Positions 40,608 through 53,568 of a DNA stretch of 64,000 bases are shown here, in pieces. Under the pieces are notes generated by a model. The model worked only from the letters and a program-made list of their open reading frames with translations, searched no databases and had not been told where the DNA came from. Origin of the DNA: Octopus vulgaris (Eukaryota); assembly GCA_951406725.2 (NCBI GenBank), contig OX597817.1, positions 14,508,001 to 14,572,000 of the forward strand. The letters are read 5' to 3'. The first letter of the stretch is position 1. Every line of letters begins with the position of its first letter. The position numbers and the translations under genes were made by a program.

Positions 40608-40820
40608 TAAAGTTAATCCATACATGAAAACACAAAGAGAAAAGACAACAACGCGAGGACGTGGAACAAGTATAGTGTTATTGGACACTCAGGAAAGGAA
40701 AGAAAGAAGGAGGATTTAACGTTTCAAGCGGAGCTCTTCGTCAGAAACATAGGAAAAGGAAAGATCCAAGGAAGGGAAGATGGAAGAAGAAAATCGCCAA
40801 CGATACACACACGGTCACAT
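40608..40820 (-). mobile_element. Short (TA)n-flanked Penelope-like repeat with a hammerhead-variant motif at 40714-40748
   Basis: TTT-CTGACGAA-GAGC TCC GCTT-GAAA-CG-TT-AAA. Confidence 0.6.
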
Positions 40821-41534
40821 ATATATATGTGTGTGTGTGTTTATTATGTAGCATACAGAATTTCTTTATACGATAAAAAGAATATTCATAGAAAAAAGAA
40901 TTATATATCACTTTTTCTTCATTTCCTGCATATCAACAGAAAATAGACCTCTTCCGGTCTTGTTGGTATAATAATTCAATAGCATATAGGTATTACATGG
41001 TTTGCAAGTACAGGTCACAAAAACCCGAAAATGAAAAATAACTATTTGATTACATGATTTTAATAGAAATTTGTCTGTGCATTATGTATTGAGAGAATGT
41101 TCGTAAATATTTTCTTCTTTCGCAAGGTCAGTTGAATAATTTGTATTGTAGAAAGTGTCCATAAATATTTTATTTTTCTTATTTATAAGGTCAATGTATA
41201 GAAATAGATACTGGTCAGTAGTAAACAGGAAAAGCAGATAATGTGTTTCTGAACAAGCAGAAATAACAATCACCAAATGACTTTTCATCCAACTTAACAT
41301 GTTATAGGATTTAAGCTAGCCAATTCTATTCTATTGAAGCACAACCAAAGAGGAGCTGAGTAGAGAAAGAGAGACAGAGACAGAGAGACACAGAGAGATA
41401 TTATATAGCTTATTCATGGATGCAAAGTAAAAGCTTGGTGATAGAAGAGAGACAAAACAGTTCAACTTCTATTTAAATAGCTAAAATGGATGATGTACCA
41501 CTGTTTGTCATTGGACAAACCAATGCAAGAAAAC

Positions 41535-41800
41535 ATCACCATCATCATCATCATCATCATCATTTTAATGTCCACTTTTCCATTCTCACATAGGTCAGAT
41601 GGAATTTGCTAAAGGAGATTTTCTATGGCAAGACACCCTCAACGACTTCCAAATAAGGCAATATTTCCCAAATATCAGACATGTTTTCACAGAAGATTGG
41701 AAATGAAGGACATCACTTGCATGACGGTGACACTCATTGACACACACACACACAAATAAACAAGGCGCTGGTCAACCCTGGGGACATGGTAGAAGACACT
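41535..41800 (-). mobile_element. SINE C fragment
   Basis: (GAT)n tail and GTGGACATTAAA end. Confidence 0.6.
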
Positions 41801-41818
41801 TATGCACATGTGTGTGCA

Positions 41819-41866
<48 letters not shown>

Positions 41867-42214
41867 CATGTGGGTGAGTTTAACAACTCACATATACTTC
41901 AGACATGTTTCTGTACATGAGACTGAGAGAGAGGGGGAGGAGGAGGGTGGTACAGAGAATGAGACATTAAATAGATATACATGTATACCAACACATGTAT
42001 ATCTATAAAAAGGGTGTCTGGCACTTTATCACCACTACCTACTTCACTTCTCTTGTTCCACCCCAATTACTCCTTATAGCCATGTATCTTCTCTATTGCA
42101 AGGAACCTGTTCCTGCCCTTCAGTCATAATTGAACTTCTCAACATCCAACATAAACTGCCTTCTCCTTTTCTCGTATACTCCCACTTAGTTGAGGAGGGG
42201 TTAATCTTATAGGT

Positions 42215-42612
42215 TACTAGCTGTATCGCCCGGCGTTGCTCGGGTTTGTTTCGACCCTTAAGAATTGGAATTTTTGCAAAGTAAAAATTTTGCATTATGT
42301 AGCTTGTTATTCTCTTTAAGTAAACATTTTTCTGGTTGAAATACACCGAAAAATTGCGACCCAGCAGTCAAAAAATCGTAAAAAATACGGATTTTCATAG
42401 AAAAAAAGCACCTTTTTGATGTAAATAATTTTTGATGTTAACATGGTTCGATTTGAATTTTTTCTTCTACAGAAAGAAAAGCAAGCCTTCTTCTATGATA
42501 CTCTCAATTTTGGTCAACTTGTACCGCAGGGTCTCAGAGGAGATAGTGTTAGTTGAAGGCTACCAAGCCTGCCACACACACAAACACAGACAACTTCAGC
42601 TTTATATATATA
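42215..42612 (+). mobile_element. Helitron/Helentron-derived non-autonomous element (DINE/HINE-like)
   Basis: Begins ACTAG..CCCGGCGTTGCTCGGG (hairpin) and ends (CA)n..CAGCTTTTATATATAT. This layout is typical of such elements. Confidence 0.6.
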
Positions 42613-43032
42613 TAATATATATGTATATATATTTGACTAATTCAATTGTGCTGATGCTATGAAAAATAGCAACCAGTATATTCTGGGAATCTAGTCACAG
42701 AAACCATGCCAAAATGGACATTGGAGTTTAATACAATCTTCCAAGTCAAACCCTGAGTCATCCAACATATGTAAGCAAGGGTTAAATGATAGTGATGATC
42801 ATCATCATAATTGTGATCATGAGGAGGATGAGGATGCATAATTATATGTAGATGCAATATGACTGATTGGTAAAGAAATCTATTTAGCAATAAGGGGATC
42901 CTGGATTTGATCCCACCACATAGCATCATGGGCAAATATCATTTGCTATAGCCTGAGGTCAACCAAAACTTCAGAGTGAAATTAAATAGACAGGAATGTG
43001 CAAAAGCTTATCATATATATATATATATATAG

Positions 43033-43290
43033 GTATATAGGGAGAATTCACAACAAAAACAAAAGACAAAGACAGGTGGTGTAAACAACAAACAGATTTA
43101 TTAGTATAACGCTTGGGAAGTGAAAAAGTCTTTAACGTTTCAAGCCTACACTTTTCCACAGAAAGAAACAAGTAGAGAAAATAAATAATGTGTAGTGGTT
43201 AGTGATCTATCATGGCGAATGCCAGACAGAAGGGTCACACAGGAGAGCTAGAGAGAAGGGGGTGATAATAAAGTAGTGGTGATCCCAAAA
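43033..43290 (-). mobile_element. Short (TA)n-flanked Penelope-like repeat with a hammerhead-variant motif at 43130-43165
   Basis: CTTT-CTGTGGAA-AAGT GTAG GCTT-GAAA-CG-TT-AAAG. Homologous to 57735-57930. Confidence 0.6.
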
Positions 43291-43297
43291 CGAAGAA

Positions 43298-43614
43298 TCT
43301 TTTACTTGTTTCAGCTACTGAACTGCAACCATGCTGGAGCACCACCCTAAAGAGTTTAGTTAAACAAATCAACTTGAATACTAATTCTATGAGATACTTT
43401 GCTAAACCAACACTGGTTGTCCAGCAGTGATGGAGGCCAAACACAAACAGACACACATACATGATGGGCTTTTACACAGTTTCTCTCTACCAAATTCACT
43501 TACAAGGCATTGGTTGGCCTGGGGCTATAATAGAAGACACTTGCCCAAGGTGCCACACAGTGGGGCTGAACCTGGAACCATGTGTTTGGGAAGCAACCTT
43601 CTTACCATACAGTC
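43298..43614 (-). mobile_element. SINE A, internally deleted
   Basis: Head and tail motifs. Confidence 0.7.
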
Positions 43615-43651
43615 AGTTATATATAATATGATATAACATATATATAAATCG

Positions 43652-44060
43652 TCATCATCATCATCATTATCATCGTTTAATATCCGTTTTCCATGCTAGC
43701 ATGGGTTAGACGGTTCAACTGGGGTCTGGGAAGCCAGGAGGCTGCACCAGGCTCCAGTCTGATCTGGCAGTGTTTCTACAGCTGGATGCCCTTCCTAACG
43801 CCAACCACTCCATGAGTGTAGTGGATGCTCTTTACATGCTACCGGCACAGGGGCCAGAGGGAGCTGCAAACAGCCACGATCGGTTGGTGCATTTTATGCG
43901 CCAATGGCACAGAAGCCAGTCAAGGCTGCGCTGGCATCAGCCACGTTCGGATGGCGCTTTTTACATGCCACCAGCATAGGTATCGTAACTACAATTTCCA
44001 TTTGATTTTCATATTGATGTTGATGTACTTGACTCAATAAGTCTCCTCAAGCACAGCAGG
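43652..44060 (-). mobile_element. RTE 3' UTR fragment
   Basis: Family motifs and (GAT)n tail. Confidence 0.8.
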
Positions 44061-44151
44061 TCACCCTACGATCCAAGGTACTTTGGAATGGGCTGGGGCT
44101 GGTTATACAAAACTGGTGTAGGATACAGCTATGAACTAACATTATATATAT

Positions 44152-45800
44152 ATCATCATCATCATCATCGTCTAACGTCTGCTTTCCATGCTGGCATGAA
44201 TTGGACGATTTGACTGAGGACTGGCAAACCAGATGGCTGCACCAGGCTTCAATCTGATCTTGCAGAGTTTCTACAGCTGGATGCCCTTCCTAACGCCAAC
44301 CACTCTGAGAGTGCAGTGGGTGCTTTTACATACTACTGGCACGAGGGCCAGTCAAGCAGTACTGGCAATGGCCATGCTTAAACAGCGTTTTTTATGTGCC
44401 ACCTACACAGGAGCCAGTCCAGTGGCACCGGCAACGACCTCGCTCAAATATTTTTCACGTGTCAGTAAGGCAATGCTAGTAACAATCATGCTCAAATGGT
44501 GCTTTTTACATACCACCAACATGGAAGCCAGTCAGCTGCTCTGGCAACGATCATGCTCGGATGGTGCTCTTAGCACTCCACTAGCACAGATGCCAGTCAT
44601 TGAATTTGATTTCGATTTTGATTTCACTTGCATCAACAGTTTCTTCGCAAGCCAAGTTTAGTGTCCAATGAAGGAAAGGTACGCATAAGTTGGCTGGTTA
44701 CACCCCTGGGATAGACCATGGGTTATGGTCTCACTTGGCTTGCCAGGTCTTCTCAAGCACACCATATTTCCAAAAGTCTCGGTCACTAGTCATTTCCTTG
44801 GTGAGGCCTATTGTTCGAAGGTCGTGCGTCACCACCTCATCCCAGGTCTTCTGGGTCTACCTCTTCCACAGGTTACCTCAACCGCTAGGGTGTGACACTT
44901 TTTCACACAGCTATCCTCATCCATTCTCGCCACATGACCATACCAGCACAGTTGTCTCTCTTGCACACCACATCTGATGCTTCTTAGGTCCAACTTTTCT
45001 CTCAAGGTACTTACACTCTGTCAAATATGCACACTGACATTATGCATCCAGCAGAGTATACTGGCTTCATTCCTTGCAAGCTTACGAATGTCCTCAGCAG
45101 TCATGGCCCTTGTTTCACTGCCATGGCTGTTCATACATGTGTCATACGGTCTACCTTTTACTCTGAGCAAGAGGCCCTTTGTCACCAGCAGAGGTAGAAG
45201 CTCTCTGAACTTTGCCCAGGCTATTCTTATTCTAGCTGCTACACTCTCAGAGCATCCACCCCTGCTGCTGAGTTGGTCACCTAGGTAATGGAAGCTATCA
45301 ACTACTTGTAGTTTTTTCCCCTGGAATGTGACAGAAGCTGTTTTCTGCACATTTTCAGTGTTTATTGACCCTGAGCATTTGGCACACACAAAAACTATCT
45401 TCCCAGTTAGCCTTCCTTTGATATTGCTGCACCGCTTATTGTGTCTATAGCTTACACCGGGTACATCTTATGGAGTTTCTACCTACGCCTTTTCTACAGA
45501 TCGAAGAGGGACATCTACCTAAAGGTATTTGTGGTTTGTCTGCCTTCCTAATTATTAAGACTGGTTTTTGCCAGATTGACACTGAGGCCATTCGATTCTA
45601 GACTTTGCTTCCCCACAGGCGTCTCTGTACATGGCTTGCACAGCTCTCACTAACCATTCATCTATCCTTAGTTTCCTCATTGACAACCAGATAAGGGATT
45701 GGGGGACCCTGTCAAAAGCTTTCTCCATGTCAACGAAAGTCAGGTACAGAGGTTTATCTTTGGCTAGGTATTTCTCCTGCAGCTGTCTTACCAGAATAAT
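44152..45800 (-). mobile_element. 5'-truncated RTE-clade LINE (RT remnant, ORF end and complete 3' UTR)
   Basis: LVRQLQEKYLAKDKPLYLTFVDMEKAFDRVP; VVDSFHYLGDQLSSRGGCSESVAARIRIAWAKFRELLPLL; GRPRRPG. Internal deletion and frameshifts. Confidence 0.9.
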
Positions 45801-45829
45801 GAAATGATTGGGGAGGAGGAGAGTCTTAA

Positions 45830-46375
45830 TGCAATACAAGTCTGTGGCTGTCATGACTTCTGATCTTAACTGACCGAAGTGTTAACATGTACATGTTTTG
45901 CCTTGGTGAAAAAGATGTGCTTCAGCAAAAAGTTTGCAAAAAATAATGCACATTTGCTAGTCAGTCATTTGACCTTAATCAGATGAGCATGTCCCTTAGT
46001 GGCTGACAATATGTGATCTCTAATCATGAGCAGTAGTAGTAAGGGAATATCATAGCCATGTGTTGAGAAGAATTCTTTAAGGTTTGAATAATTCACTTCT
46101 TGAAACATGGGCGTTTCATTCATGATCCTTAAACAACTTTTATTCAATGACATTTTGAGCAGAATGAACAACTCGACCTGAAGAAAATTCTAACAAGGCC
46201 CTCCCTGCAAGGTCATGTGCAGTTTATATTGATATGAGGTCACCACGTCATACACATATGGTTGTGATGCATGTGCCTGGTGTACCCTTATCAAAAGGGT
46301 AGTCATGATGGGTATATTGGGTTTTGTATATTTGTACCCCAGTATCACCTTGATGACATAAGCTGTTCTCTTACT
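45830..46375 (-). repeat. Unclassified probable interspersed repeat adjoining (AGT)n/(AAT)n
   Basis: Compositionally distinct block abutting a microsatellite. No second copy occurs in this window. Confidence 0.3.
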
Positions 46376-46407
46376 AAGTAGTAGTAGTAGTAGTAGTAGT
46401 AATAATG

Positions 46408-46441
<34 letters not shown>

Positions 46442-46614
46442 TAATTTTTAACATAAGCAAGCACAAGCCCATAATATTTTTGTGTATTTTTAGATACTCC
46501 ACTAATACTTATTTTATGAACCTGAAATGAGAAAATGCAAATTAAACCTAAGAGTGGATAGAGACCTAACTAAATACTGCAAGACATTCAACATGCCACT
46601 CTACTGATTCTATC

Positions 46615-46840
46615 ATCATAAGGGGGTCAAGAAACTGTCAAAGTATGGGATCTTGAAATGAAAGTGTGAAGGATACAAGATATGAAAGGTAAAACAAATA
46701 ACTGGAGCACTAGTTATGAAGAAAATAGCACAAATAACAAAACATAAAAAATTATAGTAACCAGAAATAGTAACTAAGTACAGTCAAAAAAATATAGCCC
46801 TGCTAGATGAAGCCCACATCCTACTCAAAACACTTTAAAT
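46615..46840 (+). mobile_element. RLE-type LINE C-terminal (restriction-like endonuclease) remnant
   Basis: KLSKY.DLE..V...TGAL...QKNIALLDEAHILLKTL*. Confidence 0.6.
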
Positions 46841-47315
46841 TCAATAGCAACACAAACTGTAGACTCACAGTACATTGCGTACAACACATACTCTCTTCAA
46901 TCATCACATAATAAAATGACATTACACACCGTCAATGGAATCACCACTGAATAATGTATATACAACCCACACAGCATATATTCTACATAATACAATGCAT
47001 ATGCTTACATAATCAGCACATAATATTAGAAAACCTCCCACACACACACACCAACAACAACTCATACAATTCACATTCTATACCAGTGCCACCCACACAC
47101 CCACATATGCTGCACAGTTGTCACCCAGTCTTATAACACATAACACAATTCACACACATTTGAAACACTACCAACCACCATCCAGAAACGTTTTTAAATA
47201 AGCAAGAAAAACTTACAAGAATGTATTGTATCCAACAGACTAAACACGAAAATAACACAAGACACAACAAGTCAAACCAAACAACAGAGTAACAATCAGA
47301 TATAGCATGCATGCT

Positions 47316-47778
47316 GAACAAAACAAACAGTTGAACTCCAATCCAAAATGATTTCCAAAGAACTAGGTAAAAATAAAATAGAAATCAATGTAGTACCACC
47401 AGAAAGAGATGTAAAATAACCTGGAAGTGGATGAGTATATACAGCAGAACATCGCCAAAGATGTCGATGTACGTACGTACGTACGTACGTACATACATAC
47501 ATACATACATACATACATACATGCGTACATACATACATACGTACATGCGTACATACATACATACAAACATGCATGCATACATACATACATACATACATAC
47601 GTACATACATACATACATACATACGTACATTCATACATACATACATACGTACATGCGTACATACATACATACATACATACATACATGTGTACATACATAC
47701 ATACATACGTACATATACACATACATACATACATACATACACACACATACATACATACATACATACATACATACATAC

Positions 47779-47809
<31 letters not shown>

Positions 47810-47834
47810 TACATACACACACACACACATACAT

Positions 47835-47867
<33 letters not shown>

Positions 47868-47956
47868 TACATACATACATACATGCATACATACATACAT
47901 GCATGCATGCATACATACATACACACATACATACATACATATACACATACATACAT

Positions 47957-47993
<37 letters not shown>

Positions 47994-48648
47994 TACATAC
48001 ATGCATACATACATACATGCATGCATACATACATACATACATACATACATACACACATACATACATACATACATACACACATACATACACACATACATTC
48101 ATACATACATACATACATACATATACACATACATACATACATGCATACATACATACATACACACACATACATACATACATACATACATACATACTTATGT
48201 AAGAGACAAAACAACACAGACGCAGTGTGGTGCAGTAGAAGCTTGCATGAAATGGTTGAAAGCATAATAATTTTAATAAGTAAACATCATGGAAAAACAA
48301 ACATATGAAGGAAGATGGAAAATGAAAGAAAGATCTCTCAGCAGAATGACAGAAACGAATAAAAAAGAGAGCAGAAAGACAAATAATACAGAAACGTAAC
48401 CGACAAAAAAGAAGCACCAAAATCCAAAAACATCTAAAACTATAGTTTCTTGCTAAATTGCAAAAATAATTCATTGTTACAATAACCTTCCGAACAAAAC
48501 AAACAGTTGAACTCCAATCCAAAATGATTTCCAAAGAACTAGGTAAAAATAAAATAGAAATCAATGTAGTACCACCAGAAAGAGATGTAAGATAACTTGG
48601 TCGTGGATGAGTATATACAGCAAAACATCGCCAAAGATGTCGATGTAC
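47316..48648. repeat. 157-bp direct repeats (47316-47472 and 48492-48648) enclosing a (TACA)n array of about 720 bp and about 300 bp of unique sequence
   Basis: The two copies differ at only a few positions. Confidence 0.9.
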
Positions 48649-48681
48649 AAAAGAACAAGCACACTTGTAGTATATAAAGCC

Positions 48682-49020
48682 TCATCATCATCATTTAGCG
48701 TCCGCTTTCCATGCTAGCATGGGTTGGACGGTTTAACTGGGGTCTGTGAAGCCAGAAGGCTGCATCAGGCCCAGTCTGATCTGGCAGTGTTTCTACGGCT
48801 GGATGCCCTTCCTAACGCCAACCACTCCGCGAGTGTAGTGGGTGCTTTTTACGAGCTGGCAAATGGCCACAAACGGATGGTGCTTTTACGTACCACCGGC
48901 ACGGGGGCCAGGCGAGGCTGGCAACGGACACAAACGGATGGTGCTTTTACGTGCCACCGGCACGGAGGCCGTTCGGGGCGGCGCTGGCAAGGGCCACGAA
49001 CGGATGGTGCTTTTTACGCC
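48682..49020 (-). mobile_element. RTE 3' UTR fragment
   Basis: Family motifs. Confidence 0.8.
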
Positions 49021-49302
49021 TCACTATCAATAATATTGTAGTGGATAAGTATCTGTAAAAAAAACTTGTTTTCAGAAGAAGAGAAAGGATGTTGCAAAAC
49101 CTCATGAGGTTGAAAAAGATCAATTACTGATCAACAACCAAAACTGAAGAAACTGAGCATGTCTTGGATTGAGAACCAGAAAGCATTTGATAGAATTCCT
49201 TGGCTGTGGAGTCTTGGAAACATTAGCCATAAGTAAGACAGCAACAACAATAAGAAGCTGCAGTAAACAGGTCATGAATAAACAGCAAATAATTCAGAAG
49301 CT

Positions 49303-49972
49303 TGAAGAAGAAGAAGAAGAAGAAGAAGAAGAAGAAGAAGGTGAAGAAGAAGAAGAAGGTGAAGAAGAAGAAGAAGAAGGTGAAGAAGAAGAAGAAGAAG
49401 AAGAAGAAGAAGAAGAAGAAGAAGAAGAAGAAGAAGAAGAAGAAGAAGAAGAAGAAGAAGAAGAAGAAGAAGAAGAAGAAGAAGAAGAAGAAGAAGAAGA
49501 AGAAGAAGAAGAAGGTGAAGAAGAAGAAGAAGAAGAAGGTGAAGAAGGTGAAGAAGAAGAAGAAGAAGAAGAAGAAGAAGAAGAAGAAGAAGAAGAAGAA
49601 GAAGAAGAAGAAGAAGAAGAAGAAGAAGAAGAAGAAGAAGGTGAAGAAGAAGAAGAAGAAGAAGAAGAAGAAGAAGAAGAAGAAGAAGAAGAAGAAGAAG
49701 AAGAAGAAGAAGAAGAAGAAGAAGAAGAAGAAGAAGAAGAAGAAGAAGAAGAAGAAGAAGGTGAAGAAGAAGAAGAAGAAGAAGAAGAAGAAGAAGAAGA
49801 AGAAGAAGAAGAAGAAGAAGAAGAAGAAGAAGAAGGTGAAGAAGAAGAAGAAGAAGAAGAAGAAGAAGAAGAAGAAGAAGAAGGTGAAGAAGAAGAAGAA
49901 GAAGAAGAAGAAGGTGAAGAAGAAGAAGAAGAAGGTGAAGAAGGTGAAGAAGAAGAAGAAGAAGAAGAAGAA
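49303..49972. repeat. About 670-bp (GAA)n array with GGT interruptions
   Basis: Read directly. It explains the poly-E, poly-K and poly-L ORFs. Confidence 0.97.
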
Positions 49973-50321
49973 AGCTCTTCCCTATTGAAAGAGGATTATT
50001 CCAAGGAGACTGCCTTTTCCACTCATTTCTTGCCAAGCATTTACACCTTCACTGACATGCTAAGTCAATCTAATCTCAGCTATGAGTGTTATTTTGCGTA
50101 AGGATGACCTCAAATTGTCTACTGTAGATGATAAACAACTGGAGACGATGCTGCAGACAGCACATGGCCTCAAAGGAGAATTGTATTTGCAATTTGGATT
50201 AGGAAAATGTACTTTTGCAATTCTGAATATAGGAAAATTAACAAAAGCCACTGCTACTGTGTTAGACAATGAAGCAGGGACAGGAAAATTAGAGCAAGCA
50301 GGCAAAAATTCTTAGGAATTA

Positions 50322-50706
50322 ATAGCTTGCTTACCAACCACATGGTTCCGGGTTCAGTCCCACTGTGTGGCACCTTGGGCAAGTGTCTTCTACTATAGCC
50401 TCGGGCTGACCAAAGCCTTGTGAGTGGATTTGGTAGACGGAAACTGAAAGAAGCCTGTCATATATATGTATATATATATATATGTATATATGTGTGTGTG
50501 TTTGTCCCCCCCAACATCGCTTGACAACCGATGCTGGTGTGCTTACGTCCCTGTAACTTAGCGGTTCGGCAAAAGAGACCGATAGAATAAGTACGAGGCT
50601 TACAAAGAATAAGTCCTGGGGTCGATTTACTCAGCTAAAGGTGGTGCTCGAGCATGGCCGCAGTCAAATGACTGAAACAAGTAAAAGAGTAAAAGAGTAA
50701 AAGAGT
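50322..50706 (+). mobile_element. SINE A, slightly 5'-truncated
   Basis: Family match with (GTAAAAGA)n tail. Confidence 0.88.
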
Positions 50707-51069
50707 TACAAATCACATGCATGAATGAGAGAAAAAGTAAAGCATGAACAATATAAAGCACATTAGATTAATATCTAAAAGAGAATTGAATAAAGTAACG
50801 GAGCTAAATAAAGTAACAGAACTGAATGAGATAAAAGAACGAAATAAGGTGGAAAAAATAAGGCAATAAATATCAATAATCTAGCTTTTCTAGTAATAAA
50901 CTATAATTGTAATATTCACAACTGGACAAGAAAAATAATGACTACCTTTAGAAAACACCATCTAAAATCCAACTCAGAAAACTTATATTTATCATAAATA
51001 AAGAGAGGTCTTCTGCAACTAAAAAATTATTAAATATCAACTGTGGAACTACAAAAATATTTGGTAATA

Positions 51070-51230
51070 GGCGCAGGAGTGGCTGTGTGGTAAGTAGCTT
51101 GCTAACCAACCACATGGTTCCGGGTTCAGTCCCACTGCGTGGCATCTTGGGCAAGTGTCTTCTGCTATAGCCCCGGGCCAACCAATGCCTTGTGAGTGGA
51201 TTTGGTAGATGGAAACTGAAAGAAGCCTGT

Positions 51231-51272
<42 letters not shown>

Positions 51273-51498
51273 TGTGTGTGTATATGTTTGTGTGTCTGTG
51301 TTTGTCCCTCTAGCATTGCTTGACAACTGATGCTGGTGTGTTTACGTTCCCGTCACTTAGCGGTTCGGCAAAAGAGAACGATAGAATAAGTACTGGGCTT
51401 ACAAAGAATAAGTCCCGGGGTCGATTTGCTTGACTAAAGGCGGTGCTTCAGCATGACCGCAGTCAAATGACTGAAACAAGTAAAAGAGTAAAAGAGTA
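51070..51498 (+). mobile_element. SINE A, full length
   Basis: Family match with (GTAAAAGA)n tail. Confidence 0.9.
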
Positions 51499-52365
51499 AT
51501 ATATCTAGTAGAAAATATCTTGTGAAAAAACTAAAGAGAAACTAATAGAAATAGCTTCAAAACACAGACAACAAATAAAATCTTTTCCATCTTCAAGGAG
51601 CCAACAAAACAATAAAACACAAGCTAAAGTGACAGACAGATGATAGGAAAATGGAGAAACAACATAAATTATTAAAGAAAAAAAAACCCAAAAGAATAAA
51701 AAAAAAAAAAGAAACTGAAAATAAGCTTACAAAATGTCATATTAAGAGGTTAGTAAGAAAATTTGCTATATGGCCAATATCTGACAAGTCTGAACAATAT
51801 GGAAGAGAGAGAAGGAAAAAACTCAGCACACGCTGAAAAAGTGTGCAAAACAAAAACTCCTGAAGCCAAAAGTTTTTTGGGGTTTTTTTTTTGGTTTTTT
51901 TTCATATTGCTACACAAACAAAATTCTTCTTAGCAGAAACTAATAAAAATATAATGAAGTAAAATACAGAAAGTAACTGAACAATGTGTAGAATTGAAGA
52001 AACAAAACAATCGATCACATTTGTTTCTAGCTGCTCAGTCTTAGCTAAAAGTGTGCACGCGTGCACACAAGCACGCATGTGTGTGAGTGTTTACTGTATC
52101 AAAAGGTGACAATCTCACCTCAGGCTGAGTTGTTCACAACTATCCTGAACAACCCAGCCCAGAGCGAGCATGAGCACACAAGCATGCATACTTACACATA
52201 CCTTTACCTTCAAAGGCAAAAACATACAACGGCTACAGCAGATGCCCTTATAACTGCCAATGTAAGAAGAAGGCTTCAATTCTGTCAAGCTTATACTTAC
52301 ATATATACATACATGCTCATGCATGCACATATGCACATATATATATATATTTCTTTCTTTCTTTT

Positions 52366-52760
52366 CTTTTATTTGTTTCAGTCATTTGACTGCGGTCATG
52401 CTGGAGCACCGCCTTTGGTCGAGCAAATCGACCCCCAGGACTTATTCTTTGTAAGCCCAGTACTTATTCTATCGGTCTCTTTTGCCGAACCGCTAAGTGA
52501 CGGGGACGTAAACACACCAGCATCGGTTGTCAAGCAATGCTAGGGGGACAAACACAGACACACAAACACACACATACATACATATACATATATATACATA
52601 TATACGACAGGCTTCTATCAGTTTCCGTCTACCAAATCCACTCACAAGGCATTGGTCGGCCCAGGGCTATAGCAGAAGACACTTGCCCAAGATGCCATGC
52701 AGTGGGACTGAACCCGGAACTATGTGGTTGGTTAGCAAGCTACTTACCACACAGCCACTC
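52366..52760 (-). mobile_element. SINE A
   Basis: Family match. Confidence 0.88.
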
Positions 52761-52774
52761 ATGCATACATTGCT

Positions 52775-53290
52775 GACAAAACATGAGTTTTCTGGGAATA
52801 ATGGCAGTAACTACAACAGCCATTGCACATCTTTGCCTTTGCAACAATAGTCCACATTATTATAGTACTGATCTTTCCTGTTCTTTAAAAGTCCAATGTA
52901 TTTCGAAAGTGCTGTTACCCTGCACTTGCTCCTAAGACTAAATGAATGAATGGGTTGTGTGCATCTAATTTTAAAAGTATTCCAATTTAACCCAATATAC
53001 GTCTTTATCATGCTCTCTGATTCTACAAGTGCTCTGTATACAATTTTTGCTGACAGGTATTTTTCTATTTTAACCATATTTCTACAATAACATTTAAAGT
53101 GGGTTTATTGTCTGTTCGGTGTTCATAGACTTTTAGTTGCGGTTTTAGAGATTTGTGGATATACATTTCTAAGACAACTCTAGATAGCCTTACTGAATAT
53201 TTTCTTTAAGATTCTGTGATATTTGTATGAAATGGAAACAATCATTTTCTAGAGAGCTATTGTCCAGAGGGCAATTGTCAGGAATTAGTA
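52775..53290 (-). mobile_element. Penelope-like element GIY-YIG endonuclease remnant
   Basis: NCPLDNS..., IVYRALVESESMIKTYIGLNWNTFKIR...HSFSLRSK..TALSKYI. This is the VY...YIG...R layout of the PLE GIY-YIG domain. Confidence 0.8.
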
Positions 53291-53568
53291 GTCCTGATAT
53301 CCAACCCACCTGGCTATGTCAGCTTCCACTCTGCTCCTAACAATTCATACACTCCAAACAAACTCATCAGCCTTATTATAAGATCCTTTCCTTCCTAACA
53401 AAACACTTTATGCACTCTTGGTTGTATTTTGGAGAAACAAGATTCATAATAATGCCTGCCCAGTTAGGAGAGCAATAACACTAAATAAATATCTGTATAG
53501 AGATGTAGATCCTACAAGGAGGGTTGACTAAGAGTTAATGCTCTCTAAACTGTTTTACGAGAACAATA

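Larger units (their letters stand above)
49985..52075 (+). mobile_element. Degenerate RLE-type (R4/Dong-like) LINE, from RT to zinc knuckle, interrupted by two SINE A copies
   Basis: GLFQGDCLFH; KDDLKLS..DDKQLETMLQTAH...QFGLGKC; TIDHI..SCSVLAK. Confidence 0.7.

Noticed and set aside
47296-48564. 422-aa MYVC/HTYI repeat ORFs
   Set aside because: They are translations of the (TACA)n microsatellite.
49169-50101. 310-aa poly-Glu ORF
   Set aside because: It is a (GAA)n tract lying within a decayed LINE.
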